Source: Alkalispirochaeta sp.
Lineage (GTDB): Bacteria; Spirochaetota; Spirochaetia; DSM-27196; Alkalispirochaetaceae
Assembly (NCBI GenBank): GCA_965601925.1
Contig: OZ271854.1
Span: 2,336,001 to 2,400,000, forward strand
Length of the DNA stretch: 64,000 nucleotides
Direction: 5' to 3'
Shown: positions 8,280 through 19,564 of the stretch, in pieces
Position numbering within the stretch: the first letter of the stretch is position 1
Layout of the letters: every line of letters begins with the position of its first letter
Notes under the pieces: model-generated
The model's input: only the letters and a program-made list of their open reading frames with translations
What the model was told of the DNA's origin: nothing
The model's database searches: none
Position numbers and translations under genes: made by a program

Positions 8280-9845
8280 TCAGCGCGATCCCAATGCGGC
8301 CATAATCCGCCCCGCGAGCCGTGCCGCTTGATGGTTCGACGGCATGACGACCGCTCCCGCATCTTCCAGCGTACTGCGTTGCGTCGACAGACGTTGGACG
8401 TCTCCCTCGGTGCCGGTTACGCTCGCCACGACGGCCAGATAGCCGCCGCGTTGTGCCGCCGCCTCTTTCATCATCCGGATCGCCGGGGCGAGCGCGCCCG
8501 CGGGGTCGGGATGGCTGCCGTATCCGATAACGCAGTCCAAAATGACGACCGCCACCTCGGTGTCGGCAGCCTCTCGCTCCATGCGTTCGGTGCGTATGGA
8601 CGGATCGATCATCGGGTGCGGCCGTCCGACGGTAAAGATATCTTCGCCCAGATCCACGATCGTGTGTTGTTGCGAGACGTGCGGATCGCGCAGCGCAAAT
8701 TGTCGGTCCGCGGGATCGAAGGAGTGCACGCCGCCCAACGCATCGTTGAGCACGAAGACGGCCTCGTCGGTGAGCGTTCCGCCGGTGAAGTAACCGCGCA
8801 GATACCGTTGGCCCGATGCGATGCTCGCGGTCTCCCGTTCGACAATTGCGTCGATGTGTTCGTCCGAGAGCGCAAAGGGCCGTTCACGATATGATCTCCC
8901 TTTCGCGAGCGCAACGGCCGAGAGGGCGGCCTCTTCCAGGTTGCCGGCGTAGTGGAGTGTGCTGCCGGTCGCCGACGCGTCTCGTTGTAACCCGATGAGG
9001 TGCACGACCGCCGGCTTACCCGTCTTCTCGAGCGAGGCGAGCACCGTGTCGGCCACCGCCGGCGCAGGGGGCTTCGAGATGACGACGATGACCTTCGTCT
9101 CATCGTCCGCGGCAAGCGCCTCGATGGCCATCAGCGTCGTCGATCCGCCGACCTCTTCACTTTTGAGATCACGGCCTCCGGTACCGATCGCCTGCCGTAC
9201 TCCGCCTCCCGCCTTCGCAATCAGACTCGTAACTTCCTGTAATCCGGTGCCGGACGCGCTCACAACGCCGATCGATCCCTCCGGCACTACATTGGCGAAG
9301 CACAGAGGCTTACCGTTAATGATTGCCGTGCCGCAGTCGGGACCCATCATGAGTAAGCCTCGCTCGCGGGCGATTCGCTTGAGTGCGACCTCCTCGTCGA
9401 GCCCGACATTGTCGGAGAACATCATAACGTGACGGCCGGATACGAGCGCCTTGCGCGCCTCACGTGCGGCGTACTGTCCGGGGAGCGATATTACAACCAG
9501 GTTCGCGTCGCTCATCGCCTCGAACGCCGCGGCCGTGCTCGCCGGACGCCATCGCTCTCCTTCGCCCTCGTCGGCTTTTTTGCGGAGGAGCGCGTCGACC
9601 GTCTCTTCGGCGATCGATGCAACGTCCGCGGAGTCCGCATCGACGGCGATGATAAGATCGTTGGCGGTCGCGCCGTCAAGCTCGGTTCCGCCCAGCTTCA
9701 TGTCGTTCAGAAGATCGAGGTTCATCTCGGTTCCCATAGCGACGACCGCCTCCGAGATACCCTCCATCTTTTTTATGTCGGCGCTGATCAACATGAGGAA
9801 CACCGAATCGTAGTATGAGTCCTTGCGTAGGATGATCCGCTTCAT
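8280..9845 (-). CDS. fdrA: FdrA/YahF-like acyl-CoA synthetase-fold protein (AllF-like)
   Basis: YYDSVFLM, MGPDCGTA, ASGTGLQE, GTGGRDL, GRPHPMIDP, GYGSHPDP; GAGG RBS. Confidence 0.9.
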   Translation of the reverse strand: MKRIILRKDSYYDSVFLMLISADIKKMEGISEAVVAMGTEMNLDLLNDMKLGGTELDGATANDLIIAVDADSADVASIAEETVDALLRKKADEGEGERWRPASTAAAFEAMSDANLVVISLPGQYAAREARKALVSGRHVMMFSDNVGLDEEVALKRIARERGLLMMGPDCGTAIINGKPLCFANVVPEGSIGVVSASGTGLQEVTSLIAKAGGGVRQAIGTGGRDLKSEEVGGSTTLMAIEALAADDETKVIVVISKPPAPAVADTVLASLEKTGKPAVVHLIGLQRDASATGSTLHYAGNLEEAALSAVALAKGRSYRERPFALSDEHIDAIVERETASIASGQRYLRGYFTGGTLTDEAVFVLNDALGGVHSFDPADRQFALRDPHVSQQHTIVDLGEDIFTVGRPHPMIDPSIRTERMEREAADTEVAVVILDCVIGYGSHPDPAGALAPAIRMMKEAAAQRGGYLAVVASVTGTEGDVQRLSTQRSTLEDAGAVVMPSNHQAARLAGRIMAALGSR

Positions 9846-9898
9846 CGTGAACCTCTCTTTCCGTGGTACGTAGACGCTATACCCGCCGGCGATTCGTG

Positions 9899-10759
9899 TC
9901 AAACCGACGGCACGGTGTCGTCTCGCGGTCGAACCTGTAGTCCCCATAAGAGCCCCGTCAGAGCGTCGAGTCCGGAGCTGTGGCCGTGCGAACGTGCGAT
10001 TCTAATAGCCTCCGCGACGCGTCCCGTGGCGAGCGCATCTACGATGCGCAGTTGGTAGGTCGGCGGATAGCCGGCCAGCGCGACGCGCAAGAGCGAGGCG
10101 CCGCCGGCGGTAGTCTTGGACAACGCGCGTTCTACCTCGTCGTGGTCTACGAGCCGTGTGCCGAGGAGGATTTCGGCGGCGAGCACACCGCTGACGAAAT
10201 CGTCTCCCGACGGTGTAAACCCGCCGCCCAACCCCACCAGGCGGGCGATCGCACGGGATCGTGGGGTCGACCCGCCGTACAGCGTCGCGACGGCACGGTG
10301 GACGAAGGGGTCGTCGTCGAATCGACGGCTGTGTTCCGAGGACGCGGGATCGATAAGGAGTGCTACGAAGCCGATCGTCCCGTGGTCGATAAGGAGGCGG
10401 TCCCGGGCCGTCGATATCGTGCGTGTCGACGGACGGGTCGTCGGTGAGGGGCGCGGCGGCGTCGGCCCGCGCTCAACGGGGAACGACGTCTCAGCGTTTC
10501 CGACGACGAGCACTCCCTCGGCCGTTAAGAGCACCGGAACGGTCGTCCCTTCGCTCCGCGTCGCCGTCGTAATGACGGGCCACATCGCGTGGGGCACCGC
10601 AATGGATAGTTCGGTCCAATCTCCGCGATCGCGCGTCAATGAGACGAAGTACGCGCCGCGCCGGTCCCGTAGCGCGATATTGACGGCTGCGTCGTGAACA
10701 CTCGCGACGGTTCCCGCGAAGCGTTCGGGGACGAGCTTTCCACGCGTTAGCTGGGCCAT
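9899..10759 (-). CDS. DUF2877 protein (YahE/YlbF(AllH)-like)
   Basis: LVGLGGGFTPSGDDFVSG and GHSSGLDALTG motifs; adjacent to fdrA. Confidence 0.85.
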   Translation of the reverse strand: MAQLTRGKLVPERFAGTVASVHDAAVNIALRDRRGAYFVSLTRDRGDWTELSIAVPHAMWPVITTATRSEGTTVPVLLTAEGVLVVGNAETSFPVERGPTPPRPSPTTRPSTRTISTARDRLLIDHGTIGFVALLIDPASSEHSRRFDDDPFVHRAVATLYGGSTPRSRAIARLVGLGGGFTPSGDDFVSGVLAAEILLGTRLVDHDEVERALSKTTAGGASLLRVALAGYPPTYQLRIVDALATGRVAEAIRIARSHGHSSGLDALTGLLWGLQVRPRDDTVPSV

Positions 10760-10797
10760 GGCGCCTCCGCTTCTCCGTCGGCCGATGCCGGAGAATG

Positions 10798-10825
10798 AAA
10801 AACCTCCGCCGGTTCGGCGGAGGTT
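10798..10825 (-). terminator. Probable intrinsic terminator downstream of the NCS2 permease
   Basis: Perfect stem AACCTCCGCCG/CGGCGGAGGTT with a short T-tract on the minus strand. Confidence 0.6.
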
Positions 10826-10890
10826 CGGCAGGTTGTCGATGAGGGATACGAGTCGCCTCTCGTCGGTACGGGCGGCTCGCTTACTCGCGG

Positions 10891-12114
10891 TCAGGCGCTC
10901 TTGAAGCTCTTGAAGTTGATGAGGATGTTGAGAGCGATTCCGACGATCGCCGACAGGGCGAGGCCGGAGAAGGTCACCTGGCCGAGACTGAACTCGGCTC
11001 CGCCGAGACCGAGCACGAGCATAGCTGCGGATATGATCAGCGGTTGCGGCTTGTTCATGTCGACCTGCGCCTCAACCATGTTGCGGATACCGATCGCCGA
11101 GATCATACCGAAGAGCAGGATCGATATACCGCCGATGACCGAGCCCGGTATGGTGCCGATGAGTGCCGTGAACTTGGGAATCACCGAGAGCACGATCGCG
11201 AAGATCGCGGCGATGCGCATAACGAGCGGATTGTATACTCCGGTCAAGGCGACCGCGCCGGTGTTCTCGCTATAGGTGGTGTTTGCTGGGCCACCGAGAA
11301 GTGCGGAGAGCGACGTCGCGAGACCGTCACCGAGGAGGGTGCGATTGACGCCCGGATCGTCCAGGAAGTCTTTCTTTACGACGTTTCCGATAGCGATCAC
11401 GTCGCCGAAGTGTTCCACCATCGTCACCAACGCGACGGGAACGATCAACGCCATGGCGCCGCCGGCGAACTTGGGAAACATAAACTCGGGGAGTCCTATC
11501 CAACGCGCCTCACCGACGCTCGAAAAGTCGACCGCACCGGCGATGAGGGCGATGACGTACCCGATCACGAGGGCGAATAAGACGGGAAGCATCGAGAGAA
11601 ACTTGAAGCCGATACGCTCGAATCCGACCTTCACGAATACGCCGACCGCGAATGTAATGACGGCGATCGTCCAGTTGCTGCTGGCGCTGCCGACGGCGAC
11701 CGGTGCGAGGCTCATACCGATGAGGATGATGATCGGCCCGGTAACGTGGGGGGGCAGGATTTTGTGCAAGACGTCGTGGGAGACGAAGGTAAAGATGAGC
11801 GATACCACGGCATACACGAGACCCGCGATGAGGATACCTCCGGTCGCGTAGGCAAGGTCGCCGCCGAAGTTTTCGGCTACGGCCAGTATCGGCGGTATGA
11901 ACGCGAACGAGCTGCCCAAAAAGACGGGGACTTTGAATTTCGTCAGTACGTGGAATAACAGCGTTCCCAGCCCCGCAGCGAATAGCGCCACGCCGACGCT
12001 GAGCCCGGTGATTATCGGCACCAGAACGGTAGCACCGAACATCACGAAGGTGTGCTGCAAGCCCAGGATTACCGTCTGTCCGCTAATCCCTTCCTGTTTG
12101 ATCGTGTCGGACAT
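10891..12114 (-). CDS. uraA: NCS2 nucleobase:cation symporter, UraA-like (uracil/pyrimidine permease)
   Basis: GLQHTFVMFGATVLVP, LGSSFAF, EHFGD, NTTYSENTG (UraA-type E-N signature rather than the xanthine-type Q-N). Confidence 0.85.
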   Translation of the reverse strand: MSDTIKQEGISGQTVILGLQHTFVMFGATVLVPIITGLSVGVALFAAGLGTLLFHVLTKFKVPVFLGSSFAFIPPILAVAENFGGDLAYATGGILIAGLVYAVVSLIFTFVSHDVLHKILPPHVTGPIIILIGMSLAPVAVGSASSNWTIAVITFAVGVFVKVGFERIGFKFLSMLPVLFALVIGYVIALIAGAVDFSSVGEARWIGLPEFMFPKFAGGAMALIVPVALVTMVEHFGDVIAIGNVVKKDFLDDPGVNRTLLGDGLATSLSALLGGPANTTYSENTGAVALTGVYNPLVMRIAAIFAIVLSVIPKFTALIGTIPGSVIGGISILLFGMISAIGIRNMVEAQVDMNKPQPLIISAAMLVLGLGGAEFSLGQVTFSGLALSAIVGIALNILINFKSFKSA

Positions 12115-12289
12115 AGAAGCGACTCCTTACCTCTTGGTATGTTGAAGGCCGACGGCCCTCGTGAACGTAGTAATCATTTCAGTGTACATGCCATTTCGTA
12201 TTAATCAAGGGCATTCGGCCCACAGCCGACACCATTGCGGGACCGCTTCCATTCCCGTGCGGCGGCTCGGCGAGCTCAGTTGCACTTTC

Positions 12290-12318
12290 TTGACAACCCC
12301 GAGGAGTGGGCGTACCGT
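12290..12318 (+). promoter_or_regulatory. Putative sigma70 promoter for the decarboxylase operon
   Basis: TTGACA-17 bp-TACCGT. Confidence 0.5.
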
Positions 12319-12353
12319 TCAGATACTCATCACGATAGAGAGAAGGAGAACGT

Positions 12354-13916
12354 TTGGACAGGCGAGAGGCGATCCGACATATGCGCGAGATGCGCGAGCG
12401 TGTGTCGCGCGGCGGCGGCGAAGCGCGTATCGATGCGCAACACGCGAAGGGTAAGTTGAGCGTCCGGGAACGCCTGGATCTTCTCCTCGACGAGTCGAGC
12501 CTCATAGAACACCAAACGTACATGAAAGGGCGATTCACCGCCTTCGGCCTCGACGAGCGACGCTTACCCGGAGACGGCGTCGTAAGCGGAAGCGGTCTCG
12601 TCGACGGCAGGCAGATTTTTTTCTCGTCCCAAGACTTCACCGTCCTGGGAGGTTCGCTGGGGGAGCAACACGCCGAGCGTATCGCCGAGGCGCTGACGCT
12701 CTCTCTCAAGACCGGTACACCCTTCGTGCAGATCAACGATTCCGGGGGCGCGCGCATTCAAGAAGGTGTACTCTCGCTCCACGGCTACGCCAAGATTTTT
12801 CGCGCCAATACACTCGCCTCCGGTGTGGTCCCGCAGATTTCGGTCATTCTCGGACCGTGCGCCGGGGGTGCCGTGTACTCGCCGGGTATCACCGATTTCG
12901 TCTTCATGGTGGACGGCATAAGCAACATGTACATCACCGGCCCCGACGTCATTCGCGCGGTCACCGGCGAGGAGATCACCCACGAGGAGTTGGGGGGCGC
13001 CGCGGCCCACGCGGTCAAAAGCGGGGTAGCACACTTTCGGTACGCTACCGAGGAGGCGTGCATGGTAGGGGTCAGGCGGCTCCTGTCGTACCTTCCGTCC
13101 AATAATCGGGAGGCTCCACCGCGTATCGGGAGCGATGAGACCGGTCGGGACGACCCGGATCGCAGCGTACCGGAGGTGCTCGATATCGTCGCCGACGACG
13201 AACGCACCGGGTACGACGTGCGAGCGCTCATCGGCGTCGTGTTCGATGCGAAGAGTTTTATGGAGGTCCACGCCGAGTACGCCGCCAATGTGGTGGTCGG
13301 CTTCGCTCGACTGGCGGGGCGCACCGTCGGGATATTTGCCAACCAGCCGATGGTGACCGCCGCCGCGCTCGACGTCAACGCGAGCGACAAGGGGTCGCGT
13401 TTCATTCGGTTCTGCGACGCCTTCGGCATTCCGGTCGTTACCCTCGTCGACGTCCCCGGCTTTCTGCCCGGTGTGGCGCAGGAACACGGTGGGATCATCC
13501 GTCACGGCGCCAAGATTCTCTATGCCATCGCCGAGGCGACCGTACCCAAAATAGCCATGGTGATTCGCAAAGCGTACGGCGGCGCGTACATCGCGATGGC
13601 GGCAAAGGGACTGGGGTACGATCGCGTGTTGGCGTGGCCGACGGCGCAGATCGCCGTAATGGGACCCGAGGGCGCCGCCAACGTCGTGTTTCGCAAGGAA
13701 ATAGCGGCGGCCGACGATCCGGCCGAGATGCGGCGCCGCAAAATCGTCGAGTTTACCGAGAGCGTGACCGACCCGTTCGTCGCCGCCGGCTACGGGTACG
13801 TCGACGAGGTAATCGACCCGGTCCATAGTCGCGCGGAGTTGATTCGCTCCCTCGAGATGCTCGCCCGCAAGGACGAAGAGCGTCCGTGGCGTAAACACGG
13901 GAACATACCCCTATAG
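12354..13916 (+). CDS. mmdA: Acyl-CoA carboxyltransferase subunit (methylmalonyl-CoA decarboxylase alpha-like)
   Basis: DSGGARIQEG, GPCAGGAVYSP, DVPGFLPG, RKAYGGAY, KHGNIPL; AAGGAG RBS with TTG start. Confidence 0.88.
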   Translation: MDRREAIRHMREMRERVSRGGGEARIDAQHAKGKLSVRERLDLLLDESSLIEHQTYMKGRFTAFGLDERRLPGDGVVSGSGLVDGRQIFFSSQDFTVLGGSLGEQHAERIAEALTLSLKTGTPFVQINDSGGARIQEGVLSLHGYAKIFRANTLASGVVPQISVILGPCAGGAVYSPGITDFVFMVDGISNMYITGPDVIRAVTGEEITHEELGGAAAHAVKSGVAHFRYATEEACMVGVRRLLSYLPSNNREAPPRIGSDETGRDDPDRSVPEVLDIVADDERTGYDVRALIGVVFDAKSFMEVHAEYAANVVVGFARLAGRTVGIFANQPMVTAAALDVNASDKGSRFIRFCDAFGIPVVTLVDVPGFLPGVAQEHGGIIRHGAKILYAIAEATVPKIAMVIRKAYGGAYIAMAAKGLGYDRVLAWPTAQIAVMGPEGAANVVFRKEIAAADDPAEMRRRKIVEFTESVTDPFVAAGYGYVDEVIDPVHSRAELIRSLEMLARKDEERPWRKHGNIPL

Positions 13917-13923
13917 GGACGCT

Positions 13924-14226
13924 ATGAATACCGAGTCGTTCGGATATGCGGTGCTTTCCGCGCTCGTCGGCATGGCGATCGTGTTTATCTTTCTCGTCGT
14001 CCTGAGCGCGATCATGGTCGTGCTCCGACGGGTGTTTGACGCTCCGGCGAGGAACGAGTCTTCCTCTCGCGGCGAGGCGGCCGCCGTAGACCTGATGCGG
14101 GAGACGCCCTCCTCGGCCGGCGATCCGCCGCAGTGGGTAATCGCAGGCGTCATGGCCTACTTGTCGTCGGAGGAGCAGAACAGCGCGCCGCACGCCGGTG
14201 TATGGACGAAATGGGGAAGGCAATGA
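13924..14226 (+). CDS. OadG/MmdD-type membrane-anchor subunit of a Na+-translocating decarboxylase
   Basis: N-terminal TM GMAIVFIFLVVL, VIAGVMAY, C-terminal W...GR; operon position. Confidence 0.8.
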   Translation: MNTESFGYAVLSALVGMAIVFIFLVVLSAIMVVLRRVFDAPARNESSSRGEAAAVDLMRETPSSAGDPPQWVIAGVMAYLSSEEQNSAPHAGVWTKWGRQ

Positions 14227-14690
14227 AGCGAGAGTTTACGCTCGATATCGACGGTCGACAGGTCACCGTAACGGTCGTGCGCGAAGGTGACACGATTCGC
14301 GTCGAGCGCGACGGAGAGGAGTATCGCGTACGCGTCCTCGCCGAGTCGGTAATCGGGGTGCAGTCGGCCCTCCGAGAACCGACCGGTAACGCCGGGCCCG
14401 CCGCCGAGGGGGTGATCGGCCGCCAACGGCCGGACTCCGTCTCCTCCGAGCACGACGAGGGTGGACGGTGGGAGGTCGCCTCCCCCATGACCGGCGTAGT
14501 CGACCAAATTCTGGTGAGTAAGGGGACGCGCGTCGTCGAGGGCGAGCGTATTGTCGTACTCGAGGCGATGAAGATGTTCATCGACGTCATGGCACCTGCG
14601 ACCGGTCGCGTTACGGAGATCTCCGTAACGCTGGGAGACAGCGTCCGCGAGAAGCAACCGCTACTCGTAATCGACGGTACGGCGGGATAG
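14223..14690 (+). CDS. Biotin carboxyl carrier protein (MmdC-like)
   Basis: SPMTG...VLEAMKM biotinylation motif; ATGA overlap with the upstream gene. Confidence 0.88.
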   Translation: MKREFTLDIDGRQVTVTVVREGDTIRVERDGEEYRVRVLAESVIGVQSALREPTGNAGPAAEGVIGRQRPDSVSSEHDEGGRWEVASPMTGVVDQILVSKGTRVVEGERIVVLEAMKMFIDVMAPATGRVTEISVTLGDSVREKQPLLVIDGTAG

Positions 14691-14694
14691 CCCC

Positions 14695-15804
14695 GTGGAG
14701 ATACTCCAGGACTTCATTCGGTCCACCGCCTTTCCGGCCCTGAGTTGGCAGACGGTGGTCATGCTTGCCGTGAGCGTGCTGTTACTCTATCTGGGAATAG
14801 CCCGCAAGTACGAGCCGCTCTTGTTGGTTCCGATCGGATTCGGCGCCCTTCTCGCAAACATTCCCCTCGCCGATATGACCGTCGAGGGCGGCTTACTGTA
14901 CTATTTTTATTTCGGCATCGACGCCGGTATATTCCCGCCTCTGATCTTTCTGGGTGTCGGTGCGATGACCGATTTCGGGCCGCTTCTGGCAAAGCCCAAC
15001 ACCTTTTTACTCGGTGCGGCGGCGCAGTTCGGTATTTTCGGTACGCTCCTCGGCGCGCGTTTGCTGGGTTTCGACTTTGCCGAGGCCGCATCGATCGCGA
15101 TCATCGGGGGCGCGGACGGCCCCACGGCAATCTATCTGACCTCGCGGCTTGCCGACCACCTCTTGGGGCCGATCGCGGTGGCCGCCTACTCCTACATGGC
15201 GCTCGTTCCGGTGATCCAGCCGCCCATTATTCGGCTCCTTACCTCGAAAAAAGAGCGTATGGTCGTCATGAGCGACGTCACACCGGTGTCGCAGCGGGTA
15301 AAGATCGTATTCCCGATCGCCACCACGATCGTGATCGCTCTCTTTGTGCCGGCGGCCACCCCGTTGGTGGGTATGCTCATGCTCGGAAATCTTCTCCGTG
15401 AGGCGGGAGTCGTGGAGCGCCTTTCAAAGACGGCGCAAAACGAGCTCATTAACATCGTGACCATCCTTTTGGGAGTGAGCGTCGGAAGCCAGATGTCCGC
15501 AGCCGAGTTTCTCTCCGTGGAAACGCTCTTGATCATCGGTCTGGGCCTGCTCGCCTTCTCGGTGGGAACCGCGAGCGGAGTTCTTTTGGGTAAGCTCATG
15601 TACGTGCTCTCCGGGGGCACGATTAATCCTATGATCGGCGCCGCCGGCGTCTCCGCGGTACCGATGGCCGCCCGGGTAGTGCAAAAGGTCGGCCAAGAGG
15701 ACAATCCGCGTAACTTTCTTCTCATGAATGCTATGGGCCCGAACGTTGCCGGTGTGATAGGTTCGGCCGTCGCCGCCGGTGTCCTGTTGGCGTTGGCGCG
15801 TTAA
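14695..15804 (+). CDS. mmdB: Na+-translocating decarboxylase beta subunit (MmdB/OadB)
   Basis: [54 protein letters not shown]. Confidence 0.92.
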   Translation: MEILQDFIRSTAFPALSWQTVVMLAVSVLLLYLGIARKYEPLLLVPIGFGALLANIPLADMTVEGGLLYYFYFGIDAGIFPPLIFLGVGAMTDFGPLLAKPNTFLLGAAAQFGIFGTLLGARLLGFDFAEAASIAIIGGADGPTAIYLTSRLADHLLGPIAVAAYSYMALVPVIQPPIIRLLTSKKERMVVMSDVTPVSQRVKIVFPIATTIVIALFVPAATPLVGMLMLGNLLREAGVVERLSKTAQNELINIVTILLGVSVGSQMSAAEFLSVETLLIIGLGLLAFSVGTASGVLLGKLMYVLSGGTINPMIGAAGVSAVPMAARVVQKVGQEDNPRNFLLMNAMGPNVAGVIGSAVAAGVLLALAR

Positions 15805-16175
15805 GCGCCGTTTACCGCACCGATACCGACGTAGCTCACGGCCGCAACCGGACATCCGGCGGACCCGTTGTACCGCCCGTAGACTCGATTCGCTCCCATG
15901 GACATCAAGGTCAACGCCCCGCGCCCTCGATGCCCCGCGGGGCGTTTTGGTAGGCGGTGCTCGAAGATGGAGCCTGTGGTGCATGGGCAACTCATCGCGC
16001 GTCGTTTGCCGTCCGTGAATATCCCACGATATTATTCAACATACTCCACGTGCGTCGCGCTGGGGTCGATCGGACGTTTGTATGCCGACGGACCGATACC
16101 GACGCCGAGTGATACCAGTAGGAGACGCGTCCGGATCGCCCGACGAGCGTCGCCGGATGGAGCAGAGGAGATCGC

Positions 16176-18560
16176 ATGAATGATGCACGCCGTCGACAGT
16201 CGAACCTCGGAGTGAGCGTCGAGCGTAAGGACGCGGCGGACAAGACAACCGGACGTACTCGATACACCGACGACTTCTCGATACCCGGGATGCTCTACGC
16301 CGCCATAGTCAATAGCCGCACCGCTCACGGTCTCGTTACCGCGATCGACGATGCGGAGGCGCGATCCATGCCGGGAGTGCGCGGCGTCTTTTCGGGAAAG
16401 GATTTTCCGGTGAGGGTCGGGCTCTACCTCGGCGACAAGCCGGCTCTTGCGGTGGATCGCGTACGGTACTTCGGCGAGCCGGTAGTGGCCGTGGTGGCCG
16501 ATGACGAGCGTACGGCCGCCGCCGCCGCCGCGACCGTTCGTGTGGAATACGAGGAGCTTCCGTTGGTCCGTAGCCCGCGGGAGGCCATCGCCGCCGACGC
16601 GCCCGTGATCCACCCCGCGATGCACGAGTACGTACACATCCCGGCGATTCTCCCCGAGCCCGGGACCAACATCGCCCACCATACGAGGATGCGCAAGGGC
16701 GATCCCGATACAGCCTTCGCCGAGGCGGACGTAACGATTCAAGGTCGTTACACATTTCCGCCGAAGGACCACGCCGCGATGGAACCGCGCGTCTCCGTCG
16801 CCGAAGTCAGAAGCGACGGACAGGTTGTGATTCGTACCTCGACGCAGAGTCCGTACGGCGTGCGTGGGATCATGAGTCGCGTCTTCGGCATTCCACCCGG
16901 GAAACTTACCATTCAGGTCGCCGAAATCGGCGGAGGGTTCGGCGGTAAAGCGGGGATTCAGCTGGAGCCCCTGGCGTATCTGCTCTCGCGAGAGCTCGGA
17001 GGGCGGCCGGTGCGCGTGGCAAACACCCGGGAGCAGGATATCGTCGGCTCCCCGGGGGGGCCGGGATTGGACGCCGTCGTCAAACTCGCTGCGCTGGCCG
17101 ACGGCACGATCACCGCGGCCGACATCGAGTTTCTCTTCGATTCGGGAGGGTACGCCGACTACGCCGTCAACGTGAGTCGCGCTGCGGGCTACGCCTCCAC
17201 GGGGCCGTACAACATTCCCAACCTGAAGACCGATAGCTATTGCGTGTATACCAATCACCCCTTCGCCACCGCCTACCGCGGTTTCGGACACATAGAGATG
17301 AGTTACGCGATCGAGCGATCGATGGAGCTTTTGGCGGACAAGCTGGGCATGGACGCGGTGGCGCTGCGACGCAAGAATGCGATTCAGCGGGGCGATCGGA
17401 CCCCGGCGCAGGACGCTCTCGACGCCAACACCGGCGATCTCAGGGAGTGCCTGGATCGTGTCGTCGGATATCTCGACTGGGACGCGGGGCAACGAGAAGA
17501 GATAAGCGAGCACCGGATACGCGCCAAAGGCATATCGTGCTACTGGAAAGCGCCGGCGATTCCGACGTTCACCGATGCCGGGGCGATTGTGAGCTTCAAT
17601 GAGGACGGATCGGTCAATATCGTGACCGGAGCCGTTGAGATGGGACAAGGTATCTATACCGGGTTGGCCCAGATTGTCGCGGAACGTCTTCGCATGCGCC
17701 CCGATGACGTGCACGTCGTACAGGAGGTCATGACCGACCGTGCGACCCACGACTGGACGAGCGCCGCGAGTCGCACGCTCTTCATGGTGGGACGCGCCGC
17801 GATCAACGCGGTAGACGATGCGGTCGCGCAGATCAAGCGCGTCGCCTCGGCGCCGTTGCGCTGTCCCGAAGAGGATCTCGACGTTGCGGACGGGCGTGTC
17901 TACCTTCGAGACGATCCCGAGCAAGGGCTTGCGCTCTCAGAGGTCGTGTTGGGATACGTCTATCCCAACGGGAACGCCGTCGGGGGTCCCGTCATCGGGC
18001 GCGGTAAGTACATTGCACGGCATCTGAGTCACATCGATCCCGAAACCGGCAAGGGTCGGCCGGGACTGGAGTGGACGCTCGGCGCTATGGGCGTCGAGGT
18101 GGAGGTCGATCTCAGAGACGGCAGTTTTCGCGTACTCAAGGGTGTCTGCTCGATGGATGTCGGCAGAGTCATAAATCCCGCGTTAGCGAGGGGGCAACTC
18201 GTCGGCGCCATGGCGATGGGGATCGGCTACACTACACGCGAGGCATTCGAGTTCGACTCCCACGGGCGTGTGCTCAACTACAAGCTGAGGGACTATAAGC
18301 TATTGCGCTACGGCGAACACCCCGAGTACATCGTCGATTTTGTCGAGACGCCCCAGGGAGACGGTCCCTTCGGCGCTCGAGGGCTCGGAGAGCAGGGCAT
18401 CATCGGCGTACCGGGCGCCCTCGCGGCGGCCTTCTCGCGGGCCGTCGGCGTACCGTTAAACCGCCTGCCGATCACTCCGGAGTATCTGTGGCGGAGCGCG
18501 AGAGAGGGAGGTCCCGTCTTGGGCGATGTGCATGCCGCCGTGGCGGAGGAGCGGGAATGA
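16176..18560 (+). CDS. Xanthine dehydrogenase family molybdopterin-binding subunit (cluster 1)
   Basis: STQSPY, GGGFGGK, AYRGFG, EMGQG, GARGLGEQ. Confidence 0.92.
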   Translation: MNDARRRQSNLGVSVERKDAADKTTGRTRYTDDFSIPGMLYAAIVNSRTAHGLVTAIDDAEARSMPGVRGVFSGKDFPVRVGLYLGDKPALAVDRVRYFGEPVVAVVADDERTAAAAAATVRVEYEELPLVRSPREAIAADAPVIHPAMHEYVHIPAILPEPGTNIAHHTRMRKGDPDTAFAEADVTIQGRYTFPPKDHAAMEPRVSVAEVRSDGQVVIRTSTQSPYGVRGIMSRVFGIPPGKLTIQVAEIGGGFGGKAGIQLEPLAYLLSRELGGRPVRVANTREQDIVGSPGGPGLDAVVKLAALADGTITAADIEFLFDSGGYADYAVNVSRAAGYASTGPYNIPNLKTDSYCVYTNHPFATAYRGFGHIEMSYAIERSMELLADKLGMDAVALRRKNAIQRGDRTPAQDALDANTGDLRECLDRVVGYLDWDAGQREEISEHRIRAKGISCYWKAPAIPTFTDAGAIVSFNEDGSVNIVTGAVEMGQGIYTGLAQIVAERLRMRPDDVHVVQEVMTDRATHDWTSAASRTLFMVGRAAINAVDDAVAQIKRVASAPLRCPEEDLDVADGRVYLRDDPEQGLALSEVVLGYVYPNGNAVGGPVIGRGKYIARHLSHIDPETGKGRPGLEWTLGAMGVEVEVDLRDGSFRVLKGVCSMDVGRVINPALARGQLVGAMAMGIGYTTREAFEFDSHGRVLNYKLRDYKLLRYGEHPEYIVDFVETPQGDGPFGARGLGEQGIIGVPGALAAAFSRAVGVPLNRLPITPEYLWRSAREGGPVLGDVHAAVAEERE

Positions 18561-19564
18561 TTCCGTTTGAGTTCGATTTCGTTCGCGCCGAGTCGGTGGA
18601 GGAAGCGGCCGCGGCGTGGCGTGACGCCGAACGAGCCGGTAAATCGGCCGCCTACTTCGGCGGCGGCACCGAGTTGGTAACCTTGGCTCGCGACGCCAAG
18701 CGTCGATTTGACGTGGCGGTCGATTACAAAGCCGTTCACGAGGCGCGCCGAGCGGCGCGTGAGTCCGATTCGTACGTGCTGGGTTCAGCGCTCCGGTTGA
18801 GCGACCTCACCGACCGAGCCGGCGCGGGACTGGTCGGGTACTGCTGTAGAGGCGTTGCGGATCGCACGGCGCGTAACTCGATCACGCTCGGCGGCAATAT
18901 CTGCGGGCAGCTCGCCTACCGCGAGGCGGTGCTTCCCTTTCTCCTGCTCGACGGGAGCGTGGAGGTCGCCTCGACCGACGGCCGGCGTTGGGAGTATCTC
19001 CGTGACCTCTTTGATAAACGGCTGCGTCTCGATGCCGGTGAACTTGCCGTGGCGTGGGCGATCCCTGCCGATACACTCGCCGGACTCGGCCTTCTCGACG
19101 TCGGTGATCCGAGTGGCGGAGGGGGGAATGTGCAGACCGAGCGTGCCGATCTCGGCTACGGTGCCGTCGCCGCGGTCGGATCGGGAGGGCGAGGAGCGTG
19201 GTACTATTGCCGGCGAACCCGCGAATCCCGGCTCGATTATCCCCTCGCCACCGTTGCCGTGGCGTCGATCGACGGCGTCGTGCGCGTAGCCGTGGCCGGT
19301 GCGTGGGGATACCCAGCGCGGGCTCTCCGCGTCGAGGAGGTACTCAACGCTGAGTCGGTTGTAGCGGATGCGTTGGCGGCGGCCGGTTCCGGCTCGTCCG
19401 TCGAAATCGACGGCCCGTCGCTTCGTCGCGTCGTCGGTCGCGCTCTCGACGCCGAGGAACGACCGTTCAAACAAGATCAACGCGGCAGCCGCGAGTATCG
19501 TCGCGAGATGACCATTCGAGCCGTCACCGACGGAATCGTCGCTCTGTCCGGAGGGAGCCTATGA
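18557..19564 (+). CDS. Xanthine dehydrogenase family FAD-binding subunit (cluster 1)
   Basis: MIPFEFDF, FGGGTE, RNSITLGGNI, DQRGSREYR; ATGA overlap. Confidence 0.85.
   Translation: MIPFEFDFVRAESVEEAAAAWRDAERAGKSAAYFGGGTELVTLARDAKRRFDVAVDYKAVHEARRAARESDSYVLGSALRLSDLTDRAGAGLVGYCCRGVADRTARNSITLGGNICGQLAYREAVLPFLLLDGSVEVASTDGRRWEYLRDLFDKRLRLDAGELAVAWAIPADTLAGLGLLDVGDPSGGGGNVQTERADLGYGAVAAVGSGGRGAWYYCRRTRESRLDYPLATVAVASIDGVVRVAVAGAWGYPARALRVEEVLNAESVVADALAAAGSGSSVEIDGPSLRRVVGRALDAEERPFKQDQRGSREYRREMTIRAVTDGIVALSGGSL

Noticed and set aside
16032..17924. Long antisense ORFs (also 4464-5732, 12564-13898, 24777-25925, 34874-36568)
   Set aside because: Shadow frames of well-supported genes in high-GC DNA
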